Positions 63,141-64,000 of a stretch of DNA of 64,000 nt are shown here, piece after piece (the first letter of the stretch is position 1; each line of letters starts with the position of its first letter). The translations under genes were made by a program, and so were the position numbers. Origin of the DNA: Chiloscyllium plagiosum (lineage: Eukaryota); assembly GCF_004010195.1 (NCBI RefSeq), contig NC_057726.1, positions 69,002,458-69,066,457 on the forward strand, given 5' to 3'. The notes beneath the pieces were generated by a model. That model saw only the letters and a program-made list of their open reading frames with translations. It was not told where the DNA came from and did not search any database.

Positions 63141-64000
63141 GTCAGCTCTTGCAATTTTCATTTAAGCCTCCTGATGGTGCTAAGGTGTACCGTGAGAGGT
63201 CAACTGTGTATGATCGCCTATGCCAATTTGGGCACATAGATTATTTTTTTAAAAATCATTCACGGGACCAGGTGGTCACTAACTCGGTCAGCATTTATTT
63301 CCCATCCCTAATTGCACAGAGGATATTTTAAAGTCAACCACATTGCTGCGGGTCTGGAGTCACATGTAGGCCAGACCAGGACAGGATGGCAGTTTCTTTC
63401 CCTAAAGGGTGTAAGTGAAGTGATTTATTCATTTGATGTGGAGTGGTCTATTCATTTTCATTACATTGTAGCAGTTTTCAACAAATATGTGACGTCCGAG
63501 GCCATTTTAAAACGCAGGTGTGAATCAAGCTTGTGACTGTGGACCTGTAGTCACATGTAGGCCAGAGCAGACAGACATGGCAGACTTTCTTCTGTCACGT
63601 ACACTCAATGAAGCAGATCAGTTTGTGCAATAATGAACAACTAATTAGATTAGGTTCTAATTCCAATTTCAAACAAAATGCTACACCATCTCCCATGCTG
63701 AGGTTCAAAGCCGGGCCACTTGCAAATTATTTAAGATCAGGATCACGAAGCCATAGCATTATGACACCACTTGCCTTGTCCAACCCAATATGATTTTAAT
63801 AAGAAGTATCATCCACTTTACATTAGTAAGTAATGTACCACCATGCTAAATCTGAAAACTTAAACCTGCCAATCTTACTGTCCATCATATATCTCATCTT
63901 GTTTCCGTTGTCATATGTCTTCAAGGAATTCCATTGCATCACTAAAGGCTTCAGGGTGATATTGTAGTTGCAATACTGATGTGTGCTTTTATTTGTACAG

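Noticed and set aside
63975-64000. Window ends in an acceptor-like ttttatttgtacag
   Set aside because: Any exon would lie outside the window and cannot be evaluated.

Overview
Repeat-rich, AT-rich vertebrate genomic DNA. The SINE/LINE complement (HE1-type V-SINEs, CR1, L2-like, RTE, Penelope, Gypsy) points to a cartilaginous fish (shark); that assignment is an inference. There is one assembly gap (23270-23428). One host gene can be reconstructed by hand on the + strand, with six exons, GT-AG introns and matching phases throughout: leader 39278-39323, germline-joined V-J exon 39472-39789, C1-set exon 41202-41513, TM exon 47795-47905, cytoplasmic exon 48516-48553 and terminal exon 52593-52751. 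It encodes a 327-aa non-rearranging antigen-receptor-like/SIRP-like receptor (VJ-C1-TM) with an ITIM-like motif (MGYAAL) and an ITSM (TQYAAI). The promoter has an Ig-type octamer plus TATA box, and a C1 read-through with a nearby poly(A) signal could give a secreted form. A dead head-to-head copy of its promoter, leader and first intron lies about 1.1 kb upstream. Other oddities are a templated-insertion duplication at 34.6-34.9 kb, an orphan minus-strand exon-like segment at 31.1 kb, and Penelope-derived hammerhead-ribozyme palindromes. Repeat boundaries are approximate because they were read by eye.
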